From positions 554,167 through 618,166 of the forward strand of contig CP064994.1 in the NCBI GenBank assembly GCA_016699975.1: a stretch of 64,000 nucleotides of DNA, in the 5' to 3' direction. Source of the DNA: Candidatus Moraniibacteriota bacterium (GTDB lineage: Bacteria > Patescibacteriota > Minisyncoccia > Moranbacterales > UBA1568). Each line of letters begins with the position of its first letter. The first letter of the stretch is position 1. A program made the position numbers and the translations under genes. The notes below the pieces were generated by a model, which searched no databases, had not been told where the DNA came from, and saw only the letters and a list, made by a program, of their open reading frames with translations. Shown piece after piece: positions 1-9,567 of this stretch.

Positions 1-243
1 AATGGTCGCGAAGGAATCGAAGTCAGTGGGTTCGGCGCGACAGGCTCCATTGTTGTGAAGAAAACGCGAATCGCGGAGAATGATCACTATGGGGTGGCGC
101 GTCTTTCGAAAGCCAAAAATATGCCTGCTTCTCTCTGGAACGGACTCGTTCTTCAAAAAGACATTCTCTTTTCGGGGAATGCGGCCGGAAATATTTCTCC
201 GATCGCTCGAGCATTCTAATTCTCAGTCGATAAGAAAGAAGAT
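1..243 (+). CDS. 3' fragment of an upstream gene (about 80 aa C-terminal end, no start in window; ends ...ISPIARAF*)
   Basis: An open frame runs from the window edge to a TAA at 241-243 and reads ...GIEVSGFGATGSIVVKKTRIAENDHYGVARLSK.... It lies on the same strand directly upstream of the GT4 gene. No family was recognised. Confidence 0.3.
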
Positions 244-441
244 TCTTGAATGAAGGCGTCCCCCTCTTTTTGAACTTCGCCTCTCTTTGTTCTTCGAGAC
301 GATCTTCTCTCAACGGAGGAGGCATCAGGGAAAGTTCTGACAGTATTGGAAACACTGCTCTTTAAAAACAAAAACAAAAATGAACGAAACTTCTACCAAT
401 GAAGTTTCATCCTTTTCTTTTTTTGATGTCGACAAAGAGGT

Positions 442-1623
442 ATGCGCATTGCATTTATCGGACAAAAAGGGATACCAGCGAAGGGAGAAGGTATCGAAAA
501 ATATGTGGAACAAGTCGCGCTTCGTCTCGCTGAGAAGGGGCACGAAGTTTTTGTGTACGCTCGTTCGTACTATACCGACCCGGCACTTTCTGCATGGAAA
601 GGGGTGCACGTTGTTCATCTTCCCACGATTCCCACAAAGCATCTCGACGCGATGACCCATACATTTCTCGCGACGATTCATGCGCTTTTCTCTCGATACG
701 ACATCATTCACTATCAGGCGGTGGGACCGTCTCTTTTTTCTTTTCTGCCTTCATGGCTTCTTCGTCGGACGAAAGTCATTTCTACCTTTCACTGTCGAGA
801 CTATTTTCATAAAAAATGGGGATGGTTTGCGCGATATATCCTTCGTCTCGGGGAACAAGTAGCATGCCGTGTTCCCAAAAAAACGATCGTGGTCTCTCGG
901 GAACTCAGAGAGTATGTGAAGAAAATGTACGGGCGATCTGCCATTTTCATTCCCAATGGCGCGAACGTGTCTTCCGAAAAAGCGATCCCTGAGTCTCTCG
1001 CGGGATTCGGCATCCGGGAAGGGCGCTATATCTTGTCAGTTGGACGGCTTGTGGGACACAAAGGAGTGCATTACCTCATCAAAGCTTTTATGGAACTTGA
1101 GGATACGAACAAAGTTCCGAATAATATGAAGCTTGTTATTGTGGGCGCGAATGCAAATACGCCCGAATACGAATCATACCTTCGGCTCATGGCGAAAGAT
1201 CGAGACAATATTCTCTTTTTGGGAGAGCGCTACGGGAGAGAGTTGGAAGAATTATTTTCACATGCCGCCCTTTTCGTGCAGCCGTCGGAGTCGGAAGGTA
1301 TGTCGATCGTGCTTCTTGAGGCGATGGCTCATGGTCTCCCCGTCATAGCAAGCGATATCCGCGTGAATCGAGAAGTACTTTCCGATGCGGGACTTCTCTT
1401 TCAGAATAAAAATGTTTCCGATCTTCGCGATACCATGGCGTTTCTTCTGAATAGATCTGAGGAGGCGGAGTCGCTCGGTGCTCGGGCCAAAAAACGAATT
1501 GAAGAAGAATACTCGTGGGATGCGGTTGCCGGAAAGACACTGCGCGTCTACGAACGACTCTTTCCTTCCAAACGGCCTTTCTCGCGAACGGTGCGTCGGC
1601 TTTCTTCGGAATCTCTTCCTTAG
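442..1623 (+). CDS. Glycosyltransferase family 4 (GT-B, group 1)
   Basis: 393 aa. N-terminus MRIAFIGQKGIPAKGEGIEKYV...EKGHEVFVY matches the GT4 N-domain. C-domain carries the EX7E motif SESEGMSIVLLEAMAHGLPVIASDI. Confidence 0.85.
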   Translation: MRIAFIGQKGIPAKGEGIEKYVEQVALRLAEKGHEVFVYARSYYTDPALSAWKGVHVVHLPTIPTKHLDAMTHTFLATIHALFSRYDIIHYQAVGPSLFSFLPSWLLRRTKVISTFHCRDYFHKKWGWFARYILRLGEQVACRVPKKTIVVSRELREYVKKMYGRSAIFIPNGANVSSEKAIPESLAGFGIREGRYILSVGRLVGHKGVHYLIKAFMELEDTNKVPNNMKLVIVGANANTPEYESYLRLMAKDRDNILFLGERYGRELEELFSHAALFVQPSESEGMSIVLLEAMAHGLPVIASDIRVNREVLSDAGLLFQNKNVSDLRDTMAFLLNRSEEAESLGARAKKRIEEEYSWDAVAGKTLRVYERLFPSKRPFSRTVRRLSSESLP

Positions 1624-1810
1624 TTTCCCTGTTCTATGCGATTCGATTCACTTTCTTCTCTTGTGAAATCACTGCCACGATTCTTCACGCTTTTTTTTCG
1701 TGCTTTTTTTGTGATCGGGTGGCTTCTTTTTTTCGAATCTTTTCGCAGCTACCGGGCGGAAGCGACCGTCATGATTTCTTTCCAAATCCTCCGCTGTTTC
1801 AGCGGAGCAG

Positions 1811-2968
1811 GTGGCCCAAAATATTTCGGCGCTTCTCGGGTCGAGCGCTTTTTATAATCGATTGATCGCGGAACACGAAAATATCGACGACCCCTGGAAG
1901 GGAGAAGTCGACGTGACTCGGGGAGAATTGTGGTCGAAAATAGTAGAGTCCGAAGTGCTCCCGGAGACGAGCGTGATTCGAATCGCTCTTCTTTCGCCGG
2001 AATCTTCGCAATCAAACGAACTTCTGAACGCGGTCATCGAAACGCTCTATGGTTTTTCTGGTCGTTTTTATGATCGCGATCTCGAAGCGGATCTTCGACT
2101 TGTAGGGGATATTTCGGTTCGTCCGGAACTTTCAAATCCTCTCCTTCTCGTTATTCTGAGCGTGCTTCTTGCGGCTGTACTTTCATTCGCAGTGACGAGT
2201 TTCCTGAAAAAGCCATTCCCATTTTCTTTTCGTGCGACTTCTCCCAGGCCGATTTTTTCGAAACGGCATACGAATATGCTCCAGCCGGTCGGAACGTTTT
2301 CCCCGCTGTCTCTTTTCAAAGAGAAAGCGGAAGTGCAGGTTTCCGAAGAAAGGAGTGCGTCTCCTACTTCTCTCTCGGAGACATCCGCAAATTCTTCTTC
2401 CGAGACGGAATCATCGAAAGAAATACCGTCCTCAGTAACGGCAGAGCCCGCTCCTTCTTTTTCTTCGCCGCCAACACCCGAAAGAGTCTCATCGCTTCCC
2501 GAGATCAAGACCGATTCAATACTCGAAAAGTCCGTAGTGCTCGATGCAACGATCGGGAGAAACACATCAGAACACGAAGAGCCTCATGATATTTGGGAGC
2601 GCCCCCTCGTATCTTCCGGAACCCCTCTTTCTCAAAGAGAGACGCCCTCGAAAGTCGTTTCCGCGCCACCCGCTCTTTCTGCTTCCTTGGGCGCTTCGTT
2701 GCCTCTTGGCACGCTCGAGACGGTTCGGGCCGACGAGTTCTCATGGGAAAAAGTGCTCTTTCCGGAAGAATCTGATTCTTCTCCTGCGTCAGGCTCAGGA
2801 GCCGCTTCGGATAAAGCGGATGAAGCCGAAGGGCAAGGTTCGTCGACGGCAGCATTCACAGAACCAGAAACACAGAAAGATGAGCCGAAGAAAATGGTTC
2901 CAGAAAAACGGGAGCCAACTCCCGAGGAGTTGAAGGCGAGATTGAACGAACTCTTGCGCGGCGAGTGA
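1811..2968 (+). CDS. Hypothetical single-pass membrane protein with a Ser/Pro/Glu-rich disordered C-terminal half
   Basis: GTG start. About 110-aa N-terminal domain, one TM helix (LLLVILSVLLAAVLSFAVTSF), then about 250 aa of low-complexity S/P/E/T sequence. Same strand and tight spacing with the neighbours. Function unknown. Confidence 0.5.
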   Translation: MAQNISALLGSSAFYNRLIAEHENIDDPWKGEVDVTRGELWSKIVESEVLPETSVIRIALLSPESSQSNELLNAVIETLYGFSGRFYDRDLEADLRLVGDISVRPELSNPLLLVILSVLLAAVLSFAVTSFLKKPFPFSFRATSPRPIFSKRHTNMLQPVGTFSPLSLFKEKAEVQVSEERSASPTSLSETSANSSSETESSKEIPSSVTAEPAPSFSSPPTPERVSSLPEIKTDSILEKSVVLDATIGRNTSEHEEPHDIWERPLVSSGTPLSQRETPSKVVSAPPALSASLGASLPLGTLETVRADEFSWEKVLFPEESDSSPASGSGAASDKADEAEGQGSSTAAFTEPETQKDEPKKMVPEKREPTPEELKARLNELLRGE

Positions 2969-2989
2969 GACAATGAAAATTTCTTTCCT

Positions 2990-4387
2990 ATGAAACCATC
3001 TCGTTCTCGAAAATTTTGGATTCTTTTTTGGGGGTGTTCGGCACTTCTTTTGTCGCTGTGGTTTTTGTTTCTCGAAGTGCGAAATGGGAACCTGAAGTGG
3101 TTTGATGCGCCGGTTCGAGCTCTTCCTCTTGCGGAAGAAACGAGAAACGATATGCGGGCACTTCTTTCTGTCGCCGACTTCGTTCTCAAAAAAGACGGTA
3201 TTACGCGAACGTATCTCGTCCTCTTTCAGAATAACTACGAACTTCGGCCAGGAGGGGGATTTATTGGTTCTTTCGGGATCGTGAAAATCCGAAACGGAGA
3301 GTTGCTCGATTTCTCGGTGCATGATACTGGAAATTTCGATGGCAGAATTCCTTCTACCGTAGAGCCTCCGTATCCCATGCGTGAAATGCTCCACGTTGAT
3401 TCGTGGAAACTTCGTGATTCGAATTTTTCTCCGGACTTTCCGACGAATGCGCGCCAAGCCGAAATATTTTACCGAATGGGAAACGGCGAAGAAACTTTCG
3501 ATGGCGTGATCGGTATCACGACCGATGTCTTGGTGTCTTTCTTGTCGGTCACGGGACCCGTCGAAGTCCCGGGATATCCGGGTACCTATGGCGGAGAGAG
3601 TGCCGTGTGGGATCTCGAATATCAAGTAGAAGTCGGATTTTTGGAACAGGGCATCGAACGCGGCGAACGAAAATCCATGATGAATGAACTTGGTTTTCAA
3701 ATTCTCAACGAAGTGAAAACGCTGGATATGTCGGGGCGTTGGAAATTGATCGAAGTGATTCTTCGCGATTTGCACGCGAAGGATATCCAGGTTGCTTTTG
3801 ACGACCCAGGAGTGTCGAACAAAATTCGCGAAGCCGGGTGGGACGGCTCGGTTCTTCATAATTGGAAAGGGGATGCACTCCTTGCGGTTGATGCGAACTT
3901 GGGGGCCTGGAAAAGCGATTACTTTGTGAAACGCTCCTACGAATACGTCCTCGATTTCTCGAAAGAAAAGCCCACAGCCACGTTCTCGGTTACCTATCTT
4001 CATACGGCGGAGAAAAAGGATTGGCGTACCGGGAATTATCAGTCTTTCTTTCGGCTGTATGTGCCGAAGGGGAGCTGGCTCGTTTCGAGTGAAGGGTTTG
4101 TCAGTGAACCGGTTTTTGGGGAAGAAGTGGGCCGTGAGACGTTTGGGGCGCGCGTATTCGTGCCGATGGGATCCGAAAAAACAGTTTCTTATACCTATAC
4201 CTTGCCTTCGTCCATTACTCCCGATTTTTACGAGCTCTTGATCGAGAAACAGCCAGGGGTGCATGACATTCCCATGTCTGTTACGCTTCTTCGAAAAGGC
4301 GGATCAATGCTCAAGAAAGATTTCGTGCTTGACCGAGATGTGACGATGGATGCTCGGGGGGAAGTTCTTCCACGGAGCGGATCCTAG
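2990..4387 (+). CDS. Membrane-anchored protein, DUF4012-like (tentative family assignment)
   Basis: 465 aa. N-terminal TM (FWILFWGCSALLLSLWFLFL) and motif LVLFQNNYELRPGGGFIGSFG, which I recall as characteristic of DUF4012 proteins near cell-wall or GT genes. The opposite-strand 489-aa ORF is treated as a shadow. Confidence 0.55.
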   Translation: MKPSRSRKFWILFWGCSALLLSLWFLFLEVRNGNLKWFDAPVRALPLAEETRNDMRALLSVADFVLKKDGITRTYLVLFQNNYELRPGGGFIGSFGIVKIRNGELLDFSVHDTGNFDGRIPSTVEPPYPMREMLHVDSWKLRDSNFSPDFPTNARQAEIFYRMGNGEETFDGVIGITTDVLVSFLSVTGPVEVPGYPGTYGGESAVWDLEYQVEVGFLEQGIERGERKSMMNELGFQILNEVKTLDMSGRWKLIEVILRDLHAKDIQVAFDDPGVSNKIREAGWDGSVLHNWKGDALLAVDANLGAWKSDYFVKRSYEYVLDFSKEKPTATFSVTYLHTAEKKDWRTGNYQSFFRLYVPKGSWLVSSEGFVSEPVFGEEVGRETFGARVFVPMGSEKTVSYTYTLPSSITPDFYELLIEKQPGVHDIPMSVTLLRKGGSMLKKDFVLDRDVTMDARGEVLPRSGS

Positions 4388-4481
4388 CTCTTTCGCTGCT
4401 GTCACTCAAACGAAAAAAATACCACCATGACTCAGGAGGAGTCATGGTGGTTTCGTTTCTTTGCCTTATTATTTTATTACC

Positions 4482-5549
4482 TTATCTTATTACCTCCGAA
4501 GCCGCTTGTTTTCTTCGAAGCGACTTCCCGTTTCCATTCTTCTTCTTCGTATTCGTATCCAGCGCCTCTTCCGCTGATGCGATGTCCCCCATCATGGGAG
4601 AAAAATCGAATGTCCTCCCCTGTTGATCCTCAACAAAGACAAAGTATGTCATTGAGGGGACAAAATTTTGTGCGGTAGTTCCCGAACTTCCGCTAACTCC
4701 GGCAACCATCTGGAGGAACTTTTTCGCTCCTTCGGGAACGAATGATCCTCCCGGAGATGCCGTGAGACCAAATCCCCCTGACTTTGCTTCAACGGTGTAG
4801 CCTGTTACGCTCTCGAAAGAGACGAGTATATACCGATAGCTGCCGGGGAATCTCTCTTGGGTAATTCTGATTGCATCCGTCATCAGCATGACGGGATTTG
4901 CTGCAGCACCTTGGCCGTCTATCGTGATGAGTCCCGCACACGATACCTGCGAGAGAACTCGTGGGGATCGAACTGAGACAACCGGCATGCCCGACTCTCG
5001 TTCCGCGCGCGCCGGAAATCCTGGGAGAAAGGAAATTCTTGCAGTCGAATGCTCGCTCTCTACCGTTGAGATGCGCGGAGGCCCGTAAAACCGAGGAGTA
5101 CACGCTTCGATATAGGCTTCCATAGCCTTCATATTCGCCATTGCCGGCGGCTGTGGAGGATTGGTAAATATACTGGGGGCGAGGAGTGGCGCCGTTATTC
5201 CGTTTGGTGCGGAAGGCGGAATTTTTGAACCCTCAGGCGCAAAAATAACCGTCGCACTCGGAGCAAAATTTTGTTGTTGGCCGAAGTTTAATTCGGCACT
5301 TGAAGGCCCCGTTGATGTATTTATATTGGTCGTTGGAGCGTTAATCGCAACCGGATTTGCGGAAGCGGAAGCTCCCGAATTTGAACCCGATATTGCATTT
5401 GATCTCGATATTGCTCCGGCGCTTGAATTTGATGATCCGCCACAATTTGTGGCGTCCGAGTCGCAAGCAAAGGACGATGTTGGCGAAAAAATGCAAAGAG
5501 TACCAAAAAGAGCACTAAAGAGAAGAGAAATTCCGAATGACTGCTTCAT
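4482..5549 (-). CDS. Secreted protein with Ser/Gly/Asn/Ala-rich low-complexity region
   Basis: Signal peptide MKQSFGISLLFSALFGTLCIFSPTSSFA, then low-complexity region, then a globular C-terminal domain. Start placed at the internal Met that begins the signal peptide. Confidence 0.5.
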   Translation of the reverse strand: MKQSFGISLLFSALFGTLCIFSPTSSFACDSDATNCGGSSNSSAGAISRSNAISGSNSGASASANPVAINAPTTNINTSTGPSSAELNFGQQQNFAPSATVIFAPEGSKIPPSAPNGITAPLLAPSIFTNPPQPPAMANMKAMEAYIEACTPRFYGPPRISTVESEHSTARISFLPGFPARAERESGMPVVSVRSPRVLSQVSCAGLITIDGQGAAANPVMLMTDAIRITQERFPGSYRYILVSFESVTGYTVEAKSGGFGLTASPGGSFVPEGAKKFLQMVAGVSGSSGTTAQNFVPSMTYFVFVEDQQGRTFDFSPMMGDIASAEEALDTNTKKKNGNGKSLRRKQAASEVIR

Positions 5550-5622
5550 GTTACCTCCAAAATCCAAAAAAGAAGTTCCGGTAAAGGAGATGAGTTTCCT
5601 TTACCGGAATGTTCAGTTTAAA

Positions 5623-5982
5623 TTACCATCGGCGAGGTGAGGAGAATCTCGTTCGCTGGGCTAGTTCCCCACTCGTTTCTTGCCCGGCGCTAACCCGAAA
5701 GCCAGCGAAGCCGCCGCAACGCCCGCAATCGACTTGCGAGCTTCCGCTCGCCAGTGCTTCCCCGCCTAAGCGAAGCCCACCGCGCAGGCCTGCGGAGGAG
5801 GCAAAGCGGCCGCTAGTGTTTGCTCCACCAAAGGCGGTGGCATTGGCGTTGCCGCCGCCCTCGACATACACCTGGGAATACTGGCTGCCTCCGACATATC
5901 CGCTGCCTACGACAACGGATCCCGCTTGAGCGGCGTAGCTCGCCGCCAACAGCAAACAACCAACTGCTATGCTCTTCTTCAT
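5623..5982 (-). CDS. Small secreted Gly-rich protein
   Basis: Signal peptide MKKSIAVGCLLLAASYAAQA followed by a G/S/A-rich sequence. Divergent from the 6500 gene. Confidence 0.4.
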   Translation of the reverse strand: MKKSIAVGCLLLAASYAAQAGSVVVGSGYVGGSQYSQVYVEGGGNANATAFGGANTSGRFASSAGLRGGLRLGGEALASGSSQVDCGRCGGFAGFRVSAGQETSGELAQRTRFSSPRRW

Positions 5983-6193
5983 CGTTTCCTCCTGTGCTTC
6001 GCACAGGTTATTCTTAACGAGAGAGTCCTTCACAATTCTTGTCTCTTTTACTTCCTGACCCGAATTGTAAAGGAGCGAGATGGCAAAGAGATTGTGAAGC
6101 TCATTCTGAGCCCTCTTTGTCGGCCACCCTCCTTGGATATTTTTAGGCTAACAAACAAAAAGAAACTTTGTCAAGAGGAAGCGTTGAAGTTCC

Positions 6194-6209
6194 TCAACAA
6201 ATTTGTTGA
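6194..6209. promoter_or_regulatory. Perfect 16-bp palindrome TCAACAAATTTGTTGA in a divergent intergenic region (candidate operator)
   Basis: Read directly from the sequence. Located between divergently transcribed secreted-protein genes. Confidence 0.25.
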
Positions 6210-6396
6210 CTCATCGTTTTCGAGTGTTGGAAAACAAGATGCTGTATAACAATCTTTTTCTTGTGTCAGAGAGCGGGAACACTTCTCTTGTTATTGGGGA
6301 AGGGAAATTTTCTTGGTATAGAAAGATTTGAAAAAAGAAAACGGGAAATATGGACCACTATCGTCAAGAGAATATTTCAAAATGTCAAGTATTTTG

Positions 6397-6426
6397 TTGA
6401 CACTGATTTTTTGAAAATGGTATTAT
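6397..6426 (+). promoter_or_regulatory. Candidate sigma70-type promoter: TTGACA, 18-nt spacer, extended -10 TGgTATTAT
   Basis: TTGACA at 6397-6402 and TATTAT at 6421-6426 preceded by TGg. About 70 nt upstream of the 6500 start codon. Confidence 0.35.
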
Positions 6427-6499
6427 GCACAAAGTGAGGTGCCCTCTGCAATGTAAGGTCGACGGAGGGCGAAGTATAAATCGCAAATAGAAAAACATC

Positions 6500-6931
6500 A
6501 TGAAAGGAAAGAAAAATATTCTCGCGGTCGCCATGATGGCAGTTGCTCTCGCGAGTGCCGGAGTCCTGAGCTCGGCCGGGGCGGCGAACGCACAGAATGA
6601 TGACCGAGGCAACGAACGGGGTCGCGGTAACGAGTATTCCTCGGAACGTTACAGCCATTGGTATGGATGGGGCCACTACTTTTCTCCGTCATACTACTTT
6701 CCGTCGATTATTCGTGGAAAAGTGGTAAGCATAACGCGAAACCGAGTTGTGGTTCGTGTTGGAGAAGGCCGTCGCGCTCGGATCGTCAGCATTCGTGTGA
6801 CGCGTGATACGAGAATCATCGGCGATCCGTCCCGCGGAGAAGAAGTGCGCGTTATCGCGTACCGAACGCGAAGCGGATATGTCGCGAAGCGTATCAAGGA
6901 AATTACGCCAGGATATGGCAATATGGACTAG
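6500..6931 (+). CDS. Small secreted protein, unknown function
   Basis: Signal peptide MKGKKNILAVAMMAVALASAGVLSSAGAANA. 143 aa. Follows the promoter-like element above. Confidence 0.5.
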   Translation: MKGKKNILAVAMMAVALASAGVLSSAGAANAQNDDRGNERGRGNEYSSERYSHWYGWGHYFSPSYYFPSIIRGKVVSITRNRVVVRVGEGRRARIVSIRVTRDTRIIGDPSRGEEVRVIAYRTRSGYVAKRIKEITPGYGNMD

Positions 6932-7081
6932 CTTCTTGAATGAAGAAGTGTTCATATGTCGACCTGGAAGAGACGAGCATTGTTTCGGAATCTCGAAATG
7001 ACGCTCGTGAACTCCAAAAACTCTCTCATGAAACATGAGAGAGTTTTTGTATCTTTGGGGAGACGCAAATTTTCACTTCTT

Positions 7082-8797
7082 TCATTTTTCTGCTCGAATC
7101 ACGTAGAGCGCGATAGTATCGGTGTCCATCAGCGTTTCGAGGAGTCGAGACGTTCCGAGTGCAATGAAGGGTTTCCATTCATCGGTCTTCAGAAGAACGA
7201 TGTGGGAAACCCCCCGACGGGAAAGTTCGCGGATCCCTGTCTCTCGAATACTCGGAACCTCACTTTGGAGGAGAAGTGCCGTTTCGTCCCACGGACTTTT
7301 TCCGGTTGAAGAAAGTCGGGGGTTTCCGGTATTTTTCGCTGTGAGGACGGGAGCGGTGAAAAAGGGGTTTGCTGGACTCGCAACAAATGCTTCTTCGGAA
7401 AAATGCAGGGTAAGGTAACTTTTCCACGGGAGAGCGAAGAGTATTGTGGCATTCGGGTCTGAATTTACCAGCTCGTTTGCTCTTGCCCATTCTTTCGGAT
7501 AGGGGGTTCCCCTCAGTTGGCCACTCTCTCCCCACAAAAGAGTTCCTGAAAGAAAAAATGGCGGAAGAAAAAGGAAAATGATCGTGAAGACTTTTGTGAT
7601 CACCATTTTCTTGGGGAGTGAAACACGCGCTTCCTTGATCGCGCTTAAAACAACCAAAATCCCGTGGGGAAGGAAAAAAGCATAGGAAAGCGCAATCAAA
7701 GCGAGCAGTTTCGATGTATCGCGAAGTCCCCGGAAAAGAGGGATGTGGGTGAGACACCATTCGGTGATGGGGCGCGTAATGGGGCTCCCGAATCCGATTG
7801 AGAGAAGAAGTGTTGGAAAAAAGAGGAAGACCAGTGCCAAGGCGAGTGGATCGCGTTTCCGAATGCGGGACAGAGCGCCAACAAAACTGAGGAGGACCAG
7901 AGAAAGAACAAGCGGCGTTCGGAAGGGAAGAAGATCTTCCGTTGTAAAGAAATCGTCATTCCAAAATCCCGAGAGTCCGAGTGCCGAGAGAAAAACATTC
8001 CGATCAGGTCGCTCGATCGGAGCGAATGTTTCAAAATCCGAGTTACCAAATTCCGAAAATGGTTGAGTATCGTCAAAAAAACGGAGGAGCCAAAAACCAT
8101 TTCCCAATAAAAATATCGAGCCAAACGCGATCATTGCGGACGCTATCGCTTTTCGGGAGAGGAGGAGAGGCTCCTTCTCGCGAAGTGTTTTGAAAAGAAG
8201 AGAGAAAGAGGCCGTCAGGAAGAGCAGTGGCGTTGCGATATAGGTCATGTGGAGAGAAACGAGCGGGAAGAGCGTGTAAAAGAAGGCGAAGTGAAGAAAT
8301 CGTTTCTTATCGAATTTTTCAAGGAAGTCGAGAAGGGAGAGGAGGAAGAGTGGCAAAAATCCATAGCCCAAAAGAACAATCCAGTGCCCCGCGAGAAAGC
8401 GCTCCTCGACAAACGGATTCATGAGGAAGAAAAGTCCCGCACCCACGGAAAACAAAACAGGGAAATATCGTCTCGCGAGGAGAAAAAAAGACGCACCCGG
8501 AAGGAAGAGTGCGAACCATAAAAAGAATTTTTGCAGGATGTCGTTCGGGATGAAAGTGCCGAGGGCGCGGTGAACAAAGAAGAGGGGAAGTCCCGAGTCG
8601 ATGCCGCTTCGGAATTTGTCCGCCATGGTCATGCCCGGTCCCCACACCATATCGAGGAGAAAAACATATCCTCGAGTAAAAAAGAACGGAGCCGTGACGA
8701 AGAGTGCCACTGCTGCGAAGAACAGAAGAGGAATGACGGTTTCCCGAGAGCGTTTCCCATCATTCACAAGAGGTCGAGAGTGATCGAAGAGTTTCAT
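7082..8797 (-). CDS. Polytopic membrane protein with a C-terminal extracytoplasmic domain (possible GT-C-type glycosyltransferase or polymerase; family unassigned)
   Basis: 571 aa. At least 12 predicted TM helices across the N-terminal about 420 aa. Soluble C-terminal about 150 aa (...GVSHIVLLKTDEWKPFIALG...). Confidence 0.6.
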   Translation of the reverse strand: MKLFDHSRPLVNDGKRSRETVIPLLFFAAVALFVTAPFFFTRGYVFLLDMVWGPGMTMADKFRSGIDSGLPLFFVHRALGTFIPNDILQKFFLWFALFLPGASFFLLARRYFPVLFSVGAGLFFLMNPFVEERFLAGHWIVLLGYGFLPLFLLSLLDFLEKFDKKRFLHFAFFYTLFPLVSLHMTYIATPLLFLTASFSLLFKTLREKEPLLLSRKAIASAMIAFGSIFLLGNGFWLLRFFDDTQPFSEFGNSDFETFAPIERPDRNVFLSALGLSGFWNDDFFTTEDLLPFRTPLVLSLVLLSFVGALSRIRKRDPLALALVFLFFPTLLLSIGFGSPITRPITEWCLTHIPLFRGLRDTSKLLALIALSYAFFLPHGILVVLSAIKEARVSLPKKMVITKVFTIIFLFLPPFFLSGTLLWGESGQLRGTPYPKEWARANELVNSDPNATILFALPWKSYLTLHFSEEAFVASPANPFFTAPVLTAKNTGNPRLSSTGKSPWDETALLLQSEVPSIRETGIRELSRRGVSHIVLLKTDEWKPFIALGTSRLLETLMDTDTIALYVIRAEK

Positions 8798-8976
8798 GAT
8801 GTCGGTGAGGGGGAGTTTGAATAAAAACGAATTGATCCCGTCTTTCGAAAAGTTTCGGGAAGGAGCTTCATTTAAATTTAATATGAGTGCTTCTCTTCAA
8901 CATCCTTTCCCGCGAAAAGTCTCGATCTTTTCTGGCACTCAGAGAGTTCACATCGAGCAAGTCTCTCATGATTCAC

Positions 8977-9471
8977 TCACGCTTCGTGTGGGGACGAGTT
9001 CGAGGATTCGCGAGTATGCGCTCCTTCTTCTTTTGTGTCTCGCACGAAATCGAAGAGTTGTTTGCCGACCCCAATTATCAGAAAAAAGTAAACCCACACC
9101 GCTATCGTCTCTGCCGCATCGCCTGTCCCGATAGTAATGTCGCGATTTTCGAGGAGAGTGAGGAGAGGGATTGCGAGGAGTCCTGCGAGCGCAAAACCGA
9201 TTGAAATACGCGCATCTTTATCGGCGAAAAAAATCCAGGCGGCGAAAACTCCGAGAAGCGTTTCATCGAGACGAAGCTCGGTAAAGAGAGTGAGTGTTGT
9301 AAAGAGAGCAAAAAGAAGAATGGTCCTCGCCCAGGATTTCGGCGAGTTCGGAAAGAGCCTTCGAATGAATGATATGAATCGGTGCATGAAAGTGTGCGAG
9401 AGGGGAGAGAAAGAGGGGAGCGAGAGCTTGGGCTCTTTTGTAGGGTACCGTATTTTTTCGGAACCAGTCAA
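8977..9471 (-). CDS. Putative small 4-TM membrane protein
   Basis: 164-aa ORF with four hydrophobic segments. No family recognised. Weak call. Confidence 0.25.
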   Translation of the reverse strand: MTGSEKIRYPTKEPKLSLPSFSPLSHTFMHRFISFIRRLFPNSPKSWARTILLFALFTTLTLFTELRLDETLLGVFAAWIFFADKDARISIGFALAGLLAIPLLTLLENRDITIGTGDAAETIAVWVYFFLIIGVGKQLFDFVRDTKEEGAHTRESSNSSPHEA

Positions 9472-9567
9472 TTCTCTATGGTATCATACAATAAAACCCT
9501 TTTCTGTCTCGCGATGAGCAAAACGTATTCGCTCCTTTCTTGTTCGCTCCTCCCTCGCTTTTCTCTT

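Noticed and set aside
1515-1865. T-rich ORFs (116 aa and 73 aa) upstream of the 1811 gene, tested as a possible frameshifted N-terminal TM extension
   Set aside because: The frame relationship (1 to 2) does not fit the one-base-deletion pattern seen elsewhere. The frame-0 ORF overlaps the GT4 3' end and has Cys/Phe-rich composition typical of T-rich non-coding translation. The GTG start at 1811 is kept.
2068-3189. 165-aa and 185-aa minus-strand ORFs
   Set aside because: Antisense to the low-complexity region of the 1811-2968 gene. Repetitive codons create long accidental ORFs.
2795-4264. 489-aa ORF on the minus strand
   Set aside because: Antisense to the DUF4012-like gene, which has a clear TM and conserved motif. 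The product is Arg/Phe/Lys-rich with no features, a typical shadow ORF.
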